Shown: positions 36,537 through 37,702 of the stretch, piece after piece
Numbering within the stretch: the first letter of the stretch is position 1
Layout of the letters: each line of letters starts with the position of its first letter
Source: Elsinoe ampelina
Lineage: Eukaryota
Direction of reading: 5' to 3'
Length of the DNA: 37,702 nucleotides
NCBI GenBank assembly: GCA_010093995.1
Contig: ML992502.1
Coordinates: forward strand, 697,717-735,418
Translations under genes and position numbers: made by a program
The notes under the pieces: model-generated
Seen by the model: the letters and a program-made list of their open reading frames with translations, nothing else
What the model was told of the DNA's origin: nothing
The model's database searches: none

Positions 36537-37702
36537 TATAATTAACTACTCTTTAGTTATAAGAATCTATAAACTACTTAGGCTAAATAACTAACACCTA
36601 ACTACCCTTTAATCCCTAAATATAAATAACTATCTACCCCTATTAAAGAATAGAGGGAGTAACACTAACATCCTAAACTAGATCCTTAACCTGTTAATAA
36701 ATAGGGGAAGTAACTTAATATTGCTAATTATAAAGGTAAAGACCTTATAATACTACTACCTAAAGTTATTAGTGAACTATATTTAACCTTTAATCCTATA
36801 GTTAATGTTAATTAACTACTAATATATATATAGAATAAGGATATTAACTTCCTTATTACACTATTTAATATATAACCTCTAATTAGTAAAAGGAAAAGAT
36901 CTCTCTTACTATAAGAAACTATTAGAAGGTCCCTTAGAATATATCGCTAGATTAATTATAAGAAACTTAATAATAGCAAGATTATTAGATCTATAGCTGT
37001 TAATTTCAAGCTAGACCTATAAATAGTAAGAGATACACTATTCTCTCCTAAAGGTTATTACTAGTAAGCTATAATAGAGGTAGAGTAGAAGGCTCTAACT
37101 AACTCTAAAACTCTTTTAATTATTAAGAAATTATAGGCACTAAGAGGTATTAGGCTAATAATAGGTAAATAGGTCTTTAAGACTAAGAGGCTTACTAATA
37201 GTAAAGTTAAAAGATATAAGGCTCGTTAGACTATAAGAGGCTTTACTTAAAGAGTAGATATTAACTTTGTTAGAACCTTTATACTAATACTAAGAGCTGA
37301 AACTAGAAAAGTAATTCTTATATATACTCTTTATTATAACTAGGTTATTATAATAGTAGATGTAGTTACTATATTCCTTAGACTAGACATTAATATTAAG
37401 AACTATATCTTCTACCTAGAAGGTATACTAATTCCTAATAAACAGGACAAGCTTATTGTTCTTATAAAGGGCTTATATAGGCTTAAGTAAGCTACTACTC
37501 TCTAGTATAACGCTATAGTTAAGGCACTTCTATTACTTAGTTTTATTAGATCCTATAGTAATGCCTATCTCTTTATTAATAAGTATTATATAGTTCTTAT
37601 ATATATTAATAACTTTAGAATTATTACTACTAGGTAGAAGTATATAGATAAGCTAGTTAAGGATCTTTATCTTAAGTTTCTAATAAAGATTATAAACTTA
37701 AA

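Larger units (their letters stand above)
33603..37702 (+). mobile_element. RIP-degraded Ty1/Copia LTR retrotransposon with an LTR unrelated to the left element; truncated by the window end within RT
   Basis: LTR, then PBS-like ggttataagcc (33745-33755). De-RIPed motifs: gag Cys/His knuckle (~34685-34735), protease YDSGASRHF (~35004), WHQRLGH (~35466), DLIGP (~35655), SDG.SEF (~35842), RT GKWVFKTK..YKARW..RGF (~37164-37243), KGLYGLKQA (~37466), YVDDF (~37602). Confidence 0.93.

Overview
Eukaryotic DNA from a filamentous ascomycete (Pezizomycotina-type introns, RIP signature). A ~25.7 kb GC-balanced gene island (7937-33602) lies between two AT-rich, RIP-inactivated LTR-retrotransposon blocks. 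Left block: the 3' end of a chromoviral Ty3/Gypsy element, with a relic antisense Cys6/coiled-coil ORF, nested in the 5' LTR of a Ty1/Copia element. Right block: a second, different Copia element that runs off the window. The island holds nine protein genes: a ~1589-aa orphan (Zn motifs, two degenerate HNH-like motifs, intron-split Ulp1/C48 protease), PRMT1/HMT1, an HSL-family hydrolase, HIR3, a ChAPs/BUD7 exomer subunit, a small acidic protein, a salicylate-hydroxylase-like FAD monooxygenase, a 206-aa hypothetical protein and a Gfo/Idh/MocA dehydrogenase. The best candidate for an undescribed system is the orphan gene. Three 80-81 bp hairpin repeats abut its ATG, and the same TCTGGTAG core recurs in a 17-bp inverted repeat covering the splice donor that decides whether the protease catalytic Cys is encoded. 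All domain calls come from motif reading by eye; no searches were run.
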